Notes under the pieces: model-generated | What the model saw: only the letters and a program-made list of their open reading frames with translations | What the model was told of the DNA's origin: nothing | The model's database searches: none | Source of the DNA: an uncultured cyanobacterium | GTDB taxonomy: Bacteria > Cyanobacteriota > Cyanobacteriia > Cyanobacteriales > CAWUOF01 | Assembly (NCBI GenBank): GCA_963744145.1 | Contig: CAVUSO010000001.1 | Location: forward strand, 6,912,001 to 6,976,000 | Reading direction: 5' to 3' | Length of the DNA: 64,000 nucleotides | Translations under genes and position numbers: made by a program | In this document: one piece after another, positions 10,340 to 19,362 of the stretch | Layout: every line of letters begins with the position of its first letter | How positions within the stretch are numbered: the first letter of the stretch is position 1

Positions 10340-10589
10340 TCTATGATGAGGGGTCAGACATCCCCATAAGCTAATTATGCTCCAATAATACCCATGATGC
10401 TAGGATTTCTGCTTTATTTCCCTGGGGGAATAAGGGAAATATAAGGAAGCTATTTTACTACTTAAGAATGAAAAATAAATAACTTGATGATTTGGTTCGT
10501 AGTCAGCGCTCTCTTCGCTCTAATTGCCTACTAAAAGCAAACAAATTATTTAATTTTTATTCCTTACAAGCAAGTCGTAATTGGTGGGT

Positions 10590-10873
10590 GAGACTTTATT
10601 AAGAATGGAAGATCAACAGGAAGCGATCGCTAATTTACAGAAAGCCGCTAATTTATTTCAAGCTCAAAGAAAAAATTAAGATGCTAAAAAAGCTTTAGAA
10701 ATAATTGAGCAACTCCAAGAATAGACAATCAGACATAAAAAACCTAACCTAACATTTTTTACAATTTTATCCTGTTCACATCCCCTTTGCCCTGGGCTAT
10801 TTCTGCATCCAATTGATCGACCAAATCAATCAAGAGTTGAAAAATTGTCGCGGGATTTGGGTGAAGCATTTCC
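10590..10873 (+). repeat. Degenerate duplicate of the 3' end of the trypsin-TPR gene and downstream repeat region (15915-~16390)
   Basis: gagactttattaagaatggaa...gagcaactccaa.aatagacaatcagacataaaaaacctaacctaacatttttta is shared, plus one 34-mer and REP remnants. Confidence 0.85.
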
Positions 10874-10888
10874 TGATTATTATCGCTA

Positions 10889-12349
10889 CTATATACCATG
10901 AGACCTTAATAGAATTGCGCTAATGGGAGGGATGTTTAAGGTGGCAATTCCCACGTTACTGACTGGGTAAGTCTGACCTGGAGCAGCAATCCAGCTACCA
11001 TCAGCATTGATTGGCGCACCGTTCAGCAATTGGCCACTTGTACTCAGCAGAGATGGTCCAGTTAAAGTCAGTGCTTGTAAACCCTCAGCTTGAATACCTA
11101 GATTCAGATTGGCTGTTACGGTCGTTGTTTGGTCTTTATTAATGAGTACAAAATTGACCCCACCATCATTTCGCATGACTCCATAAGCAGTGAAGTTAAT
11201 GTTTCTGTCCAGTGCGATCGCTGTGGGAACAGCTCTACCTTGTGCCGCTTTGGCAAATAAGGTGATGCCATAAAATTCCGGACGTGCGCTCTCAATCTTA
11301 CCATCGATGTCTGCGATGGGGGTATAGCCATTGCTATTACCGCCTCCATGAAAATTAACGCCACTACAGCCATTGATAGCACAGATAAATAGGTAATCGA
11401 GTGCCCACAAGGCAGTACCATAGGTATTGCTAATATTGGGCGCACCATTATTATAGAAAGAATTACATTCCCCCATCCTGAAGCCGAACGGTAGGTGATT
11501 ATCTTTGGCCACCATACTTATTTTCTTGACCCAGGCTGGTAATCCTGGATCAGCTTGCAATAACAAATCCAGCGTCGAACTGGGAAGCTGACCATTAGCC
11601 CGGTAATAATGATGTGTTAACATCACCGTCTGGCTGGCTGTATCATGGGCAAAGGGGATCGAATAGGTGGGATCGTAGGCCGCAGCTGGACCAATAAAAT
11701 TTGCATTGGGTAGTTCTGTGCGAATTGCCCTGACTATTTCCTGCCACTCTCTGAGGAAGTCGGCGTAACTCCAGTTTTTCGGGCGATCGCCGCTTGACTT
11801 ATACAAGTCAGGTTCGTTACCGATTTCAAAGCCCATTAAATTGTCGCCTAGCTGATTTGCCACATACTTAGCTTCAGCGACAGCATTGCTTACCGTGTTT
11901 TTGGCTAGATTTATGCCATAAATTATTTTCCAACTAGTGGCTTGTGCAAAACTCGCCAGCGCATCAATACTAGATGGTGTAATGGCCGGCAATCCGCCAA
12001 CTACACCGTTCCAGCTAGTGTGATCGACTTCATAGGCACTGATGCGTAAAACACTGGGTCCCAAGAGCCCGAACAGATTGATTAATGCTGTATTTGTGTT
12101 GGTGAATAAAGGAACCTGTAGTTTATTTTTTTCGTAACTTAGCCCTGCAAATTGGCTGTCGATGAGTGAACCAGGACTAGCTGTTAATAAGCTGATTTTT
12201 GCGTTGACTATAGAGCGCGGAGTGGTCGAAGTTGATGGTGTTTGCTTTGACAGTGCTACACCGAAAGGTATTAACAGACCCCAGCCTATTGCTTTAATTA
12301 GTGTTCGGCGCTGCTGGAAAAATAGGGGTACTTCTAATTTGTGTGGCAT
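10889..12349 (-). CDS. Glycoside hydrolase family 79-like protein with Tat-like signal
   Basis: RRTLIK signal, FAGLSYE, FEIGNEPDLY, RMGECNS, GTALWALDY, GVNFHGG, RPEFYG. Confidence 0.85.
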   Translation of the reverse strand: MPHKLEVPLFFQQRRTLIKAIGWGLLIPFGVALSKQTPSTSTTPRSIVNAKISLLTASPGSLIDSQFAGLSYEKNKLQVPLFTNTNTALINLFGLLGPSVLRISAYEVDHTSWNGVVGGLPAITPSSIDALASFAQATSWKIIYGINLAKNTVSNAVAEAKYVANQLGDNLMGFEIGNEPDLYKSSGDRPKNWSYADFLREWQEIVRAIRTELPNANFIGPAAAYDPTYSIPFAHDTASQTVMLTHHYYRANGQLPSSTLDLLLQADPGLPAWVKKISMVAKDNHLPFGFRMGECNSFYNNGAPNISNTYGTALWALDYLFICAINGCSGVNFHGGGNSNGYTPIADIDGKIESARPEFYGITLFAKAAQGRAVPTAIALDRNINFTAYGVMRNDGGVNFVLINKDQTTTVTANLNLGIQAEGLQALTLTGPSLLSTSGQLLNGAPINADGSWIAAPGQTYPVSNVGIATLNIPPISAILLRSHGI

Positions 12350-12501
12350 TGTGATTAGGACACCTACAGCAATAAACTTTTGTCCTATTATAGGATATCA
12401 AGTTTTGCCAACAAAATCGCATTGGCCAATTTCTCACAATAAATGCTATTTTATCTTTGGCAGTTTTAGCATTTATTTCCATAGAAACAAGAGTTTAGGT
12501 T

Positions 12502-13974
12502 TTATTTGCTGCTACCATTCACAAACCACAAAGCATCATCTGGTGGCAAGTTTTTCTCGATTTTTCCCAATACATCTACATAGGTTTGCCCCGAAGTTGG
12601 GTGATCTTCTTTAAGCACATGATCATCTTGAGTATTTGAGGAAATACTAAGAGCAAATTCATTCAACACAGCTTTAGCTGTTAATGGATTACTAGCATTT
12701 TCTCCTGTGAGTCTAAAAAGTATATTGCTGTGATCACAATCGTTGTCTTTTCCTCTGACCAAACAGATCACGGGATTATTGTTTACCACACCATTAGTAA
12801 AATACAATTCTTCCCAAGTATTTACACCATATTTCTCGATCAGTTCGTTCAAGCGATCGGTAGCTTGCTCACACCGTTTGTAAGGTGTCAAGGTTTCATC
12901 TGGAGAAAGTTGGATTGAGCGTGTCCAATTTACTAATGTCTGTGTCTTAGTAGAATTAACTCTAGCGACAACTGTGGCAAAACTATTTCCCTCTGCGGAT
13001 TTACAGATAAAATATGGTAAATTATTGTTGGGATTATTAGGATCATTAGCTGCATACCTAGTATTTTGAGCAGTAACATTAAAGGGTTCTTTTTGAAAAT
13101 TATTGTTCGCTGCAATATTTGGTTTTGCTTGCGCTAAGTAGACAAGATCATTGTCGGTATTCTGGTCAAAAGAGTTGTGCTGGATAGTCGGACTAGCAGT
13201 TTGAGTAATGACGATACCAATTCGGTTATCTTGAATTTGGTTATTGTCGATTAATGGGCTAGATGCTCCCGCGATCGCGAGAGCATAACCTGTATGATGG
13301 AACTGATTACCACGAATTTCTCCTCTAGCGGAACCACCGACAGCAATACCATTACCGTGATTGTTACTAAAGATATTATTATTAATTTTCGCCACAGCAT
13401 TACCGCTCAGAAAAATTCCTTCCCGATCGTTATTGATAAAGGTACTATTGCGAATAGTAGGATTACTATCTTCTACCCAAATCGCAGTTCCTCTTGTTTC
13501 AGAGTTAGTGACAGTAACACCAAGGATTTGACTATTTCCCTCTGGCACAATAGTTACGTTTTGGCTAAAATAGAAACGACTAAGATATGCACCACTTCCT
13601 GCGATCGTTACTCCGTTACCTTGTTCATTTTCATTACCGATCACAGTTACACCGCTTTTTATTATCAGAGGAAATTTTTCACCTTGAGCATAATGTCCTG
13701 GTGCCAGCACAATAGTTGTACCAGATGTAGCGTTTTGTAAAGCCATACTAATCGTAGAAAAAGCATTTGCTTCGCTTTGTCCGCTATTTGAGTCATTTCC
13801 AGTTTGAGGATTGACATATATAGTTTGCTGTAACTCATGCTGGGTAACTATCATACTTGATGAAGCTGGGATAGTTTTCGGTTGAATGGGTGCTGCTGCT
13901 ACACCTGAAATGGGAATCAATCCACACAAACTAATCCCCAATAATGCTACTTTAGACTGGATTTTAGTTGTCAT
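12502..13974 (-). CDS. Secreted DUF1565/right-handed beta-helix protein with C-terminal COP23-like domain
   Basis: IYVNPQTGND...F.TI..AL, GEKFPL, parallel beta-helix repeats; C-terminal FIC...TPYKRCEQ...NGVVNNNPVICL...C...LFRL. Confidence 0.8.
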   Translation of the reverse strand: MTTKIQSKVALLGISLCGLIPISGVAAAPIQPKTIPASSSMIVTQHELQQTIYVNPQTGNDSNSGQSEANAFSTISMALQNATSGTTIVLAPGHYAQGEKFPLIIKSGVTVIGNENEQGNGVTIAGSGAYLSRFYFSQNVTIVPEGNSQILGVTVTNSETRGTAIWVEDSNPTIRNSTFINNDREGIFLSGNAVAKINNNIFSNNHGNGIAVGGSARGEIRGNQFHHTGYALAIAGASSPLIDNNQIQDNRIGIVITQTASPTIQHNSFDQNTDNDLVYLAQAKPNIAANNNFQKEPFNVTAQNTRYAANDPNNPNNNLPYFICKSAEGNSFATVVARVNSTKTQTLVNWTRSIQLSPDETLTPYKRCEQATDRLNELIEKYGVNTWEELYFTNGVVNNNPVICLVRGKDNDCDHSNILFRLTGENASNPLTAKAVLNEFALSISSNTQDDHVLKEDHPTSGQTYVDVLGKIEKNLPPDDALWFVNGSSK

Positions 13975-14181
13975 AATAACCTCCGAAATATCTACAAATT
14001 TAGCTTTTCAAAGCTAGTTGACTTTATTGATTTTCAATGCTTTTGATTCAAGCTATCAGTTGAGAACTAATATCTTATTTTCTTACTTCCACCGCATTAT
14101 TTTGGTTATCAAAATAATAGCACAATATTTATTTGTCTATTTTCGATATTTCAATAATAATGTCTGCATTATGTGGAACAT

Positions 14182-14217
14182 AAATGTCGGAAATGTCGGA
14201 AATGTCGGAAATGTCGG
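14182..14217. promoter_or_regulatory. Four tandem 9-bp AAATGTCGG repeats in a divergent intergenic region (candidate operator)
   Basis: Perfect 4x repeat; the same motif occurs at 19299-19325. Confidence 0.5.
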
Positions 14218-14286
14218 ATTTTGACATTCGGAGGATAATATTCAGATAATATATAAATTTAATTTTTGTCTATACTATTCATAAGA

Positions 14287-14506
14287 TGGCTGTTTCGTTT
14301 TCTCCAAAAATAGTTTGACCTCTCCCCCAACCCCTCTCCTAAGAGGAAAGGGGAGCAATGATTTAATAGCATTACTCCTCCCATTCCTCTCCTAAAATGC
14401 GAGAGAAGCAATGATTTACTAGTATTAATTACTCCCCATTCCCTTGTAGGGAAGGGGGTTGGGGGGTTAGGTTTTAGGATTTAGAAGCGAGAATCAAACA
14501 GTCCTG
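14287..14506. mobile_element. MITE/REP-like element (GGCTGTTT..AAACAGTCC ends, internal CCCCCAACCCC/GGGGTTGGGGG palindromes)
   Basis: Imperfect terminal inverted repeats and C/G-rich stem-loops. Confidence 0.5.
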
Positions 14507-14549
14507 TTATTCACAATGGATCAAAATACTCCTAACGAGCCAATATTTT

Positions 14550-16049
14550 ATGAAAGTACGTTACCATTTTCTTAGTAGCATCTTAGCCAGAATAATAACA
14601 CTAGCAACATTAATTCTATTTGTACCTATAGTAGTTTTTGCTACCGGTTCACCAGGAAAGGAAATAAAAACAGAAAAAGAAATTAAGGCTTTTGCTAATT
14701 TAGTTACTGTGAAAATCTATCGAAAAAAAGCTGAAGGTTCTGGATTTATTATTGCTAAAAAAGGTAATACATATACTGTGGCGACAGCTAACCATGTTTT
14801 TGATGATAAATCCGCAACTTATCACATTCATACTTATGATGGAAAAGAATATCAAGCAACTATTGTCAATCTGCAAAAAAAAGACAATATTGATGTAGCA
14901 ATTGCAACATTTGAAAGTACAGAGTCTTATCAAGTTGCAACTTTAAGTGATTCTTGTCCTGATGGCAAAGTTTATGTTTCTGGATATTTATATGGTGATA
15001 TACAGTTTACATCCGGTGGTGTTACTAATAGCAAGAGTAATTGTCTCTCAATGGATGAAAAAGAAAATGGTTATAACTTAAATTACGGTGCTCCTACCGC
15101 TCCAGGGATGAGTGGAGGACCTGTATTTGATGAAGAAGAACGAGTCGTTGCTATTCATGCAGAAGGGATTACATCTAATTCTGAAGTAAAAGGTATTACT
15201 AAAAGTTTTATAGGTTCAATAGGTTCAGCCGAAATGCTGACCGGATTTAATGTGGGAATTCCTATTAATATATTTCTCAAAAAAATATCAGAGAATGGGT
15301 TAGATCCTTCTGGAATTGTGGTAGATAAATCTCCTGTCAATCCTAATTTATCTCCCAATCTCAATCACCCTAATGACGCTAAGAGTTATTATCTTAGAGG
15401 TTTAACTAAACTTGATCAAGGTGATTTAGACGGTGCGATCGCAGATTTTAATGAAGCAATTCAAAAACAATCAGATTATGATGCTGATGCTTATTTTTAT
15501 CAAGGTATTGCTTATTTATATAAGGGAGATTTACCAAATAGTATGACTGACTTTAACCAAGCGATCACTTTAAATGCAAGTTATACTAATGCTTATTTTA
15601 ATCGGGCGCTAATTCATCAAGCAATGGGGGATAAAAAAAGTGCTATTGATGATTATAATCAAGTAATTCGTTTAGATGGATATTTGGCAGAAGCTTACAA
15701 TAATAGAGGACTGATATTTTCAAGTTTAGGGTATCAGGAACGAGCAATTAATGACTTTACTAAAGCTCTCGAAATTAATCCAGTTCGAGCTAATACTTAT
15801 TATAATCGAGGATTAGCATTTTTCCGTAGTCATCAATATCAACAAGCTTTAGCTGATTATACTCAAGCGATTATAATTAATCCTAATTATGCCAAAGCTT
15901 ATGCTAGTCGAGGAGAGACTTTATTAAGAATGGAATATCAACAGGAAGCGATCGCTAATTTACAGAAAGCCGCTAATTTATTTCAAGCTCAAGGAATGAA
16001 TGAAGATGCTAAAAAAGCTTTAGAAATAATTGAGCAACTCCAAAAATAG
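14550..16049 (+). CDS. Secreted trypsin-like serine protease with C-terminal TPR repeats
   Basis: GSGFII, TANHV, DVAI, GMSGGPV triad motifs; AYNNRG/YYNRG TPRs. Confidence 0.93.
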   Translation: MKVRYHFLSSILARIITLATLILFVPIVVFATGSPGKEIKTEKEIKAFANLVTVKIYRKKAEGSGFIIAKKGNTYTVATANHVFDDKSATYHIHTYDGKEYQATIVNLQKKDNIDVAIATFESTESYQVATLSDSCPDGKVYVSGYLYGDIQFTSGGVTNSKSNCLSMDEKENGYNLNYGAPTAPGMSGGPVFDEEERVVAIHAEGITSNSEVKGITKSFIGSIGSAEMLTGFNVGIPINIFLKKISENGLDPSGIVVDKSPVNPNLSPNLNHPNDAKSYYLRGLTKLDQGDLDGAIADFNEAIQKQSDYDADAYFYQGIAYLYKGDLPNSMTDFNQAITLNASYTNAYFNRALIHQAMGDKKSAIDDYNQVIRLDGYLAEAYNNRGLIFSSLGYQERAINDFTKALEINPVRANTYYNRGLAFFRSHQYQQALADYTQAIIINPNYAKAYASRGETLLRMEYQQEAIANLQKAANLFQAQGMNEDAKKALEIIEQLQK

Positions 16050-16102
16050 ACAATCAGACATAAAAAACCTAACCTAACATTTTTTAAAATTTTATCCCCT
16101 CT

Positions 16103-17310
16103 GTAGGGGCAAAGCATTTCGGCGAAAAAATCATGGCTTTAACACCGAAAACTATGACCGAAATGCTTTGCCCTCGGCCATTTCTGCCTCCAAGCGATCA
16201 ACCCAATCAACCAATTTCTGCCTCCAACCGCGATCGATCAAATCAACCAATTTCTGCCTCCAATCAATCGACCAAATCAACCAATTTCTGCCTCCAATCG
16301 ATCGACCAAATCAACCAATTTCTGCCTCCAATCGATCGACCAAATCAATTAATAGTTTGAGAATTGTCGCGGGGGCTGGGCGAAGCATTCCCCAATTAAA
16401 TTTATCCATAATCTGATCAGTGATCGTGGGGAATGCTTCGCCCCTACAGCGATCGCCTGAATAGCTCCATCAACCTGAAACAGCATTTGAGCCATCTTTG
16501 TAGGGGCAAAGCATTTCGGCGAAAAAATCATGGCTTTAACACCGAAAACTATGACCGAAATGCTTTGCCCTCGGCCATTTCTGCCTCCAACCGATCAACC
16601 AGATCAACCAATTTCTGCATCCAATCAATCGACCAAATCAACCAATTTCTGCCTCCAATCGATCGACCAAATCAACCAATTTCTGCCTCCAATCGATCGA
16701 CCAAATCAACCAATTTCTGCCTCCAAGCGATCGACCAGATCAACCAATTTCCGCCTCCAAGCGATCGACCAAATCAACCAATAGTTTGAGAATTGTCGCG
16801 GGGGCTGGGCGAAGCATTCCCCAATTAAATTTATCCATAATCTGATCAGTGATCGTGGGGAATGCTTCGCCCCTACAGCGATTGCCTGAATAGCTCCATC
16901 AACCTGAAACAGCATTTGAGCCATCTTTGTAGGGGCAAAGCATTTCGGCGAAGAAATTATTGCCTTAACACCGAAAATTTTGACCGAAATGCTTTGCCCT
17001 CGGCCATTTCTGCCTCCAACCGATCAACCAGATCAACCAATTTCTGCATCCAATCGATCGACCAGATCAACCAATTTCTGCCTCCAATCGATCGACCAGA
17101 TCAACCAATTTCTGCCTCCAATCGATCGACCAGATCAACCAATTTCTGCCTCCAATCGATCGACCAAATCAACCAACAGTTGGAAAATTGTCGCCGGGGC
17201 TGGGCCAAATATTTCCTGATTGTCAATTGTCGCGGGGGCTGGGCGAAGCATTCCCCAATTAAGTTGATCCATGATCTGATCAATTGTCGTGGGGAATGCT
17301 TCGCCCCTAC
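16103..17310. repeat. Three composite units (starts 16103, 16500, 16929): REP-like hairpin + 5/6/5 copies of a 34-bp repeat + second REP-like hairpin
   Basis: gtaggggcaaagcatttcgg..ccgaaatgctttgccct; (atttctgcctccaatcgatcgaccaaatcaacca)n; gggcgaagcattcccc..ggggaatgcttcgcccctac. Confidence 0.95.
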
Positions 17311-17403
17311 GGTTATTATGGATATTATTGTCAATGGTGTTGCTGATTGATCACTTGTTATAATTAGGATAAATTCACCCGAAATAATATCTCAGGGATA
17401 ACT

Positions 17404-17718
17404 ATGACAGACGAAGACTTAAAAAAACTGGTAGAAAGTAATGCTCGTTCTATTCAAGCACTTACTGATAATATTAATTCCTTTGCTGATCGAATGTCTC
17501 AATTAATGGAACAAGCACAAGCAGAACGACAAGAACTCCGTCAAGCAATGATCCAATCGCAAGCAGAACAGCAAGAACTTCGTCAAGCGACCATAGGAAT
17601 TGCTAACCTGCTTGCGGCTCTTGACCAAGATCGTCCTACAATACTCAAACGTTTAACATCGATTGAGAACAAAATAGACCAAATTTTGGAAAAAAATCAA
17701 TTTGGCAATAATGAATGA
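17404..17718 (+). CDS. Small coiled-coil hypothetical protein
   Basis: MTDEDLKKLVESNARSIQAL..., heptad pattern. Confidence 0.75.
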   Translation: MTDEDLKKLVESNARSIQALTDNINSFADRMSQLMEQAQAERQELRQAMIQSQAEQQELRQATIGIANLLAALDQDRPTILKRLTSIENKIDQILEKNQFGNNE

Positions 17719-17777
17719 AAATCAGTTGCTATAGTCTGCTTTATCGTCAACCCGCCCTGACTATAGCACCATTCCTA

Positions 17778-18560
17778 TTAAAAATTCACAGTCAACAACA
17801 CAGTACGTCGAGGCTGATTTTCCCCCTCCATTGTAAATCGAACTCGACCAAATCCTCCAGCTCCAGGTTTAATTAACTTATACTCAGAAGTCACATATCC
17901 AGTCGCTGTATTATATTCAGCAAAAACTCCACCTGGTTTTCTACCTACAGGACCATCTGCATCACCATCCCAAGTACCCCAATCATCATTAAGAGTAGAT
18001 AAGCGCGTTGGTACGAGGGAATCAACAATTTCTTTGGGAGTTAGTCGCAGATCAGCTAAAACTTGTTGAGCGTTATGAATCCCACACATAGTTGGTCCAG
18101 AAATCTTGTGAGCATTGTAGCGACTGTTAGTCATTTCCACAAAACCAAAACCAACATTAGGACCTAAATTATCCTGTTTGTTTCTACCCCAGAGTCTACT
18201 AATATTGGCATTCTGTTTAATCCCAGTACCAGTTACACCTAATTCAGTAGGTTGAATAAAACCACGGTTAACAAATGATTCATCTGCTGTGCGAATTAGG
18301 TTAGCCACATCTTCATCTACATAAGAACTAGCATAATTGTTTCCTTGTAATATTCCTGATAATGCTCCAGGTATAGGTCGGGCAGCACAATAGGTTTGAA
18401 AAGCATTAAAGACTTGATTCGCGGAGAAATTATTGAGGTTAATGTCTAAGGAGTATGCTTCAGCAGGTTTTGGGAAAAATATTCCTGATGTTGTTGAAGC
18501 GGTAAAAGAAGCTCCACCCCAGATAATCATGCGATTAAATTGACGACGTGTTATATTCAT
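17778..18560 (-). CDS. Tat-exported hypothetical protein
   Basis: MNITRRQF twin-arginine motif, PKPAEA cleavage site. Confidence 0.75.
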   Translation of the reverse strand: MNITRRQFNRMIIWGGASFTASTTSGIFFPKPAEAYSLDINLNNFSANQVFNAFQTYCAARPIPGALSGILQGNNYASSYVDEDVANLIRTADESFVNRGFIQPTELGVTGTGIKQNANISRLWGRNKQDNLGPNVGFGFVEMTNSRYNAHKISGPTMCGIHNAQQVLADLRLTPKEIVDSLVPTRLSTLNDDWGTWDGDADGPVGRKPGGVFAEYNTATGYVTSEYKLIKPGAGGFGRVRFTMEGENQPRRTVLLTVNF

Positions 18561-18573
18561 GATTTATCTGTGA

Positions 18574-19209
18574 TCAAAAAGATGTTGACTTTGGTATAAT
18601 ATCAAACCATGAAAATTCATACGGATGTGATCCACAACCTGTTTCTCTAGCACATTGCATATCTATGGAAAGACTACTACCATTACTAATATCTGTTTCC
18701 ATCGTATTTATCTTTCCATATTCACCCGTTTTTTTATCGACTAAATTTCCATCCACATAAACCTGGATCTCTAAAGGAGGTAACCCGCTAGCATCATCCA
18801 TCGCATACTGTATTTTCAGAATAGCAGGACCACCTGGAAGTTTACAAGTAAAACTACTTAAACCACTAACAGCGATTCCATGGTGACCAGTAAATATTTC
18901 TCTACCTACAGAAATATCTGCACCGCCCGGGTAAAGAAGATAATTACTGGATCTGGTAACGCACTTGAGGTTAAATACATATGTAGAGCCAGATTCAGGT
19001 ACTTCTTGGCCTAAATTATTCGATGGTGTCGATGTTGGAGAAGGAGTAGAATATGGTTGAGGGGATTGCATGGCTTTTTGTATATTGTGCAAAATACCCC
19101 ATGCGTAAGTATTGGACTGGGCTTGTGCTACACTAATATCGATCGCCTCCATAACCACCGAAATGGCACTAGCACATAGTAACTGACTAACTAACCTTAG
19201 CTTTTTCAT
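18574..19209 (-). CDS. Secreted protein with NPCBM/galactose-binding-like C-terminal domain
   Basis: Signal peptide (AQA), P/S/T linker, IQVYVDGNLV...DISNGSSLSI. Confidence 0.6.
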   Translation of the reverse strand: MKKLRLVSQLLCASAISVVMEAIDISVAQAQSNTYAWGILHNIQKAMQSPQPYSTPSPTSTPSNNLGQEVPESGSTYVFNLKCVTRSSNYLLYPGGADISVGREIFTGHHGIAVSGLSSFTCKLPGGPAILKIQYAMDDASGLPPLEIQVYVDGNLVDKKTGEYGKINTMETDISNGSSLSIDMQCARETGCGSHPYEFSWFDIIPKSTSF

Positions 19210-19264
19210 AAAAATATCCTGAAAACACCTCAGTGACATAAATATAATCGGTAACTTATCCGAG

Positions 19265-19325
19265 AAATGTCTGGAATTTGGTCAGACAATTCAATGACAA
19301 ATATCGGAAATGTCGGAAATGTCGG
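19265..19325. promoter_or_regulatory. AAAT(A/G)TCGG x3 plus an upstream AAATGTCTGG between divergent genes (candidate operator)
   Basis: aaatatcgg aaatgtcgg aaatgtcgg at 19299-19325. Confidence 0.5.
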
Positions 19326-19362
19326 ATATAATAGGGAAACAATATTCTCCCATCCCTAAGCT

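Noticed and set aside
14018..14224. 68-aa ORF ending NVGNVGNVG
   Set aside because: Translation of the AAATGTCGG repeat in AT-rich intergenic DNA; no coding signal.
16133..17350. Many overlapping ORFs and a possible CRISPR array in the 34-bp repeat region
   Set aside because: The ORFs are by-products of a stop-poor repeat read in all frames; units are contiguous with no unique spacers, so this is not CRISPR.
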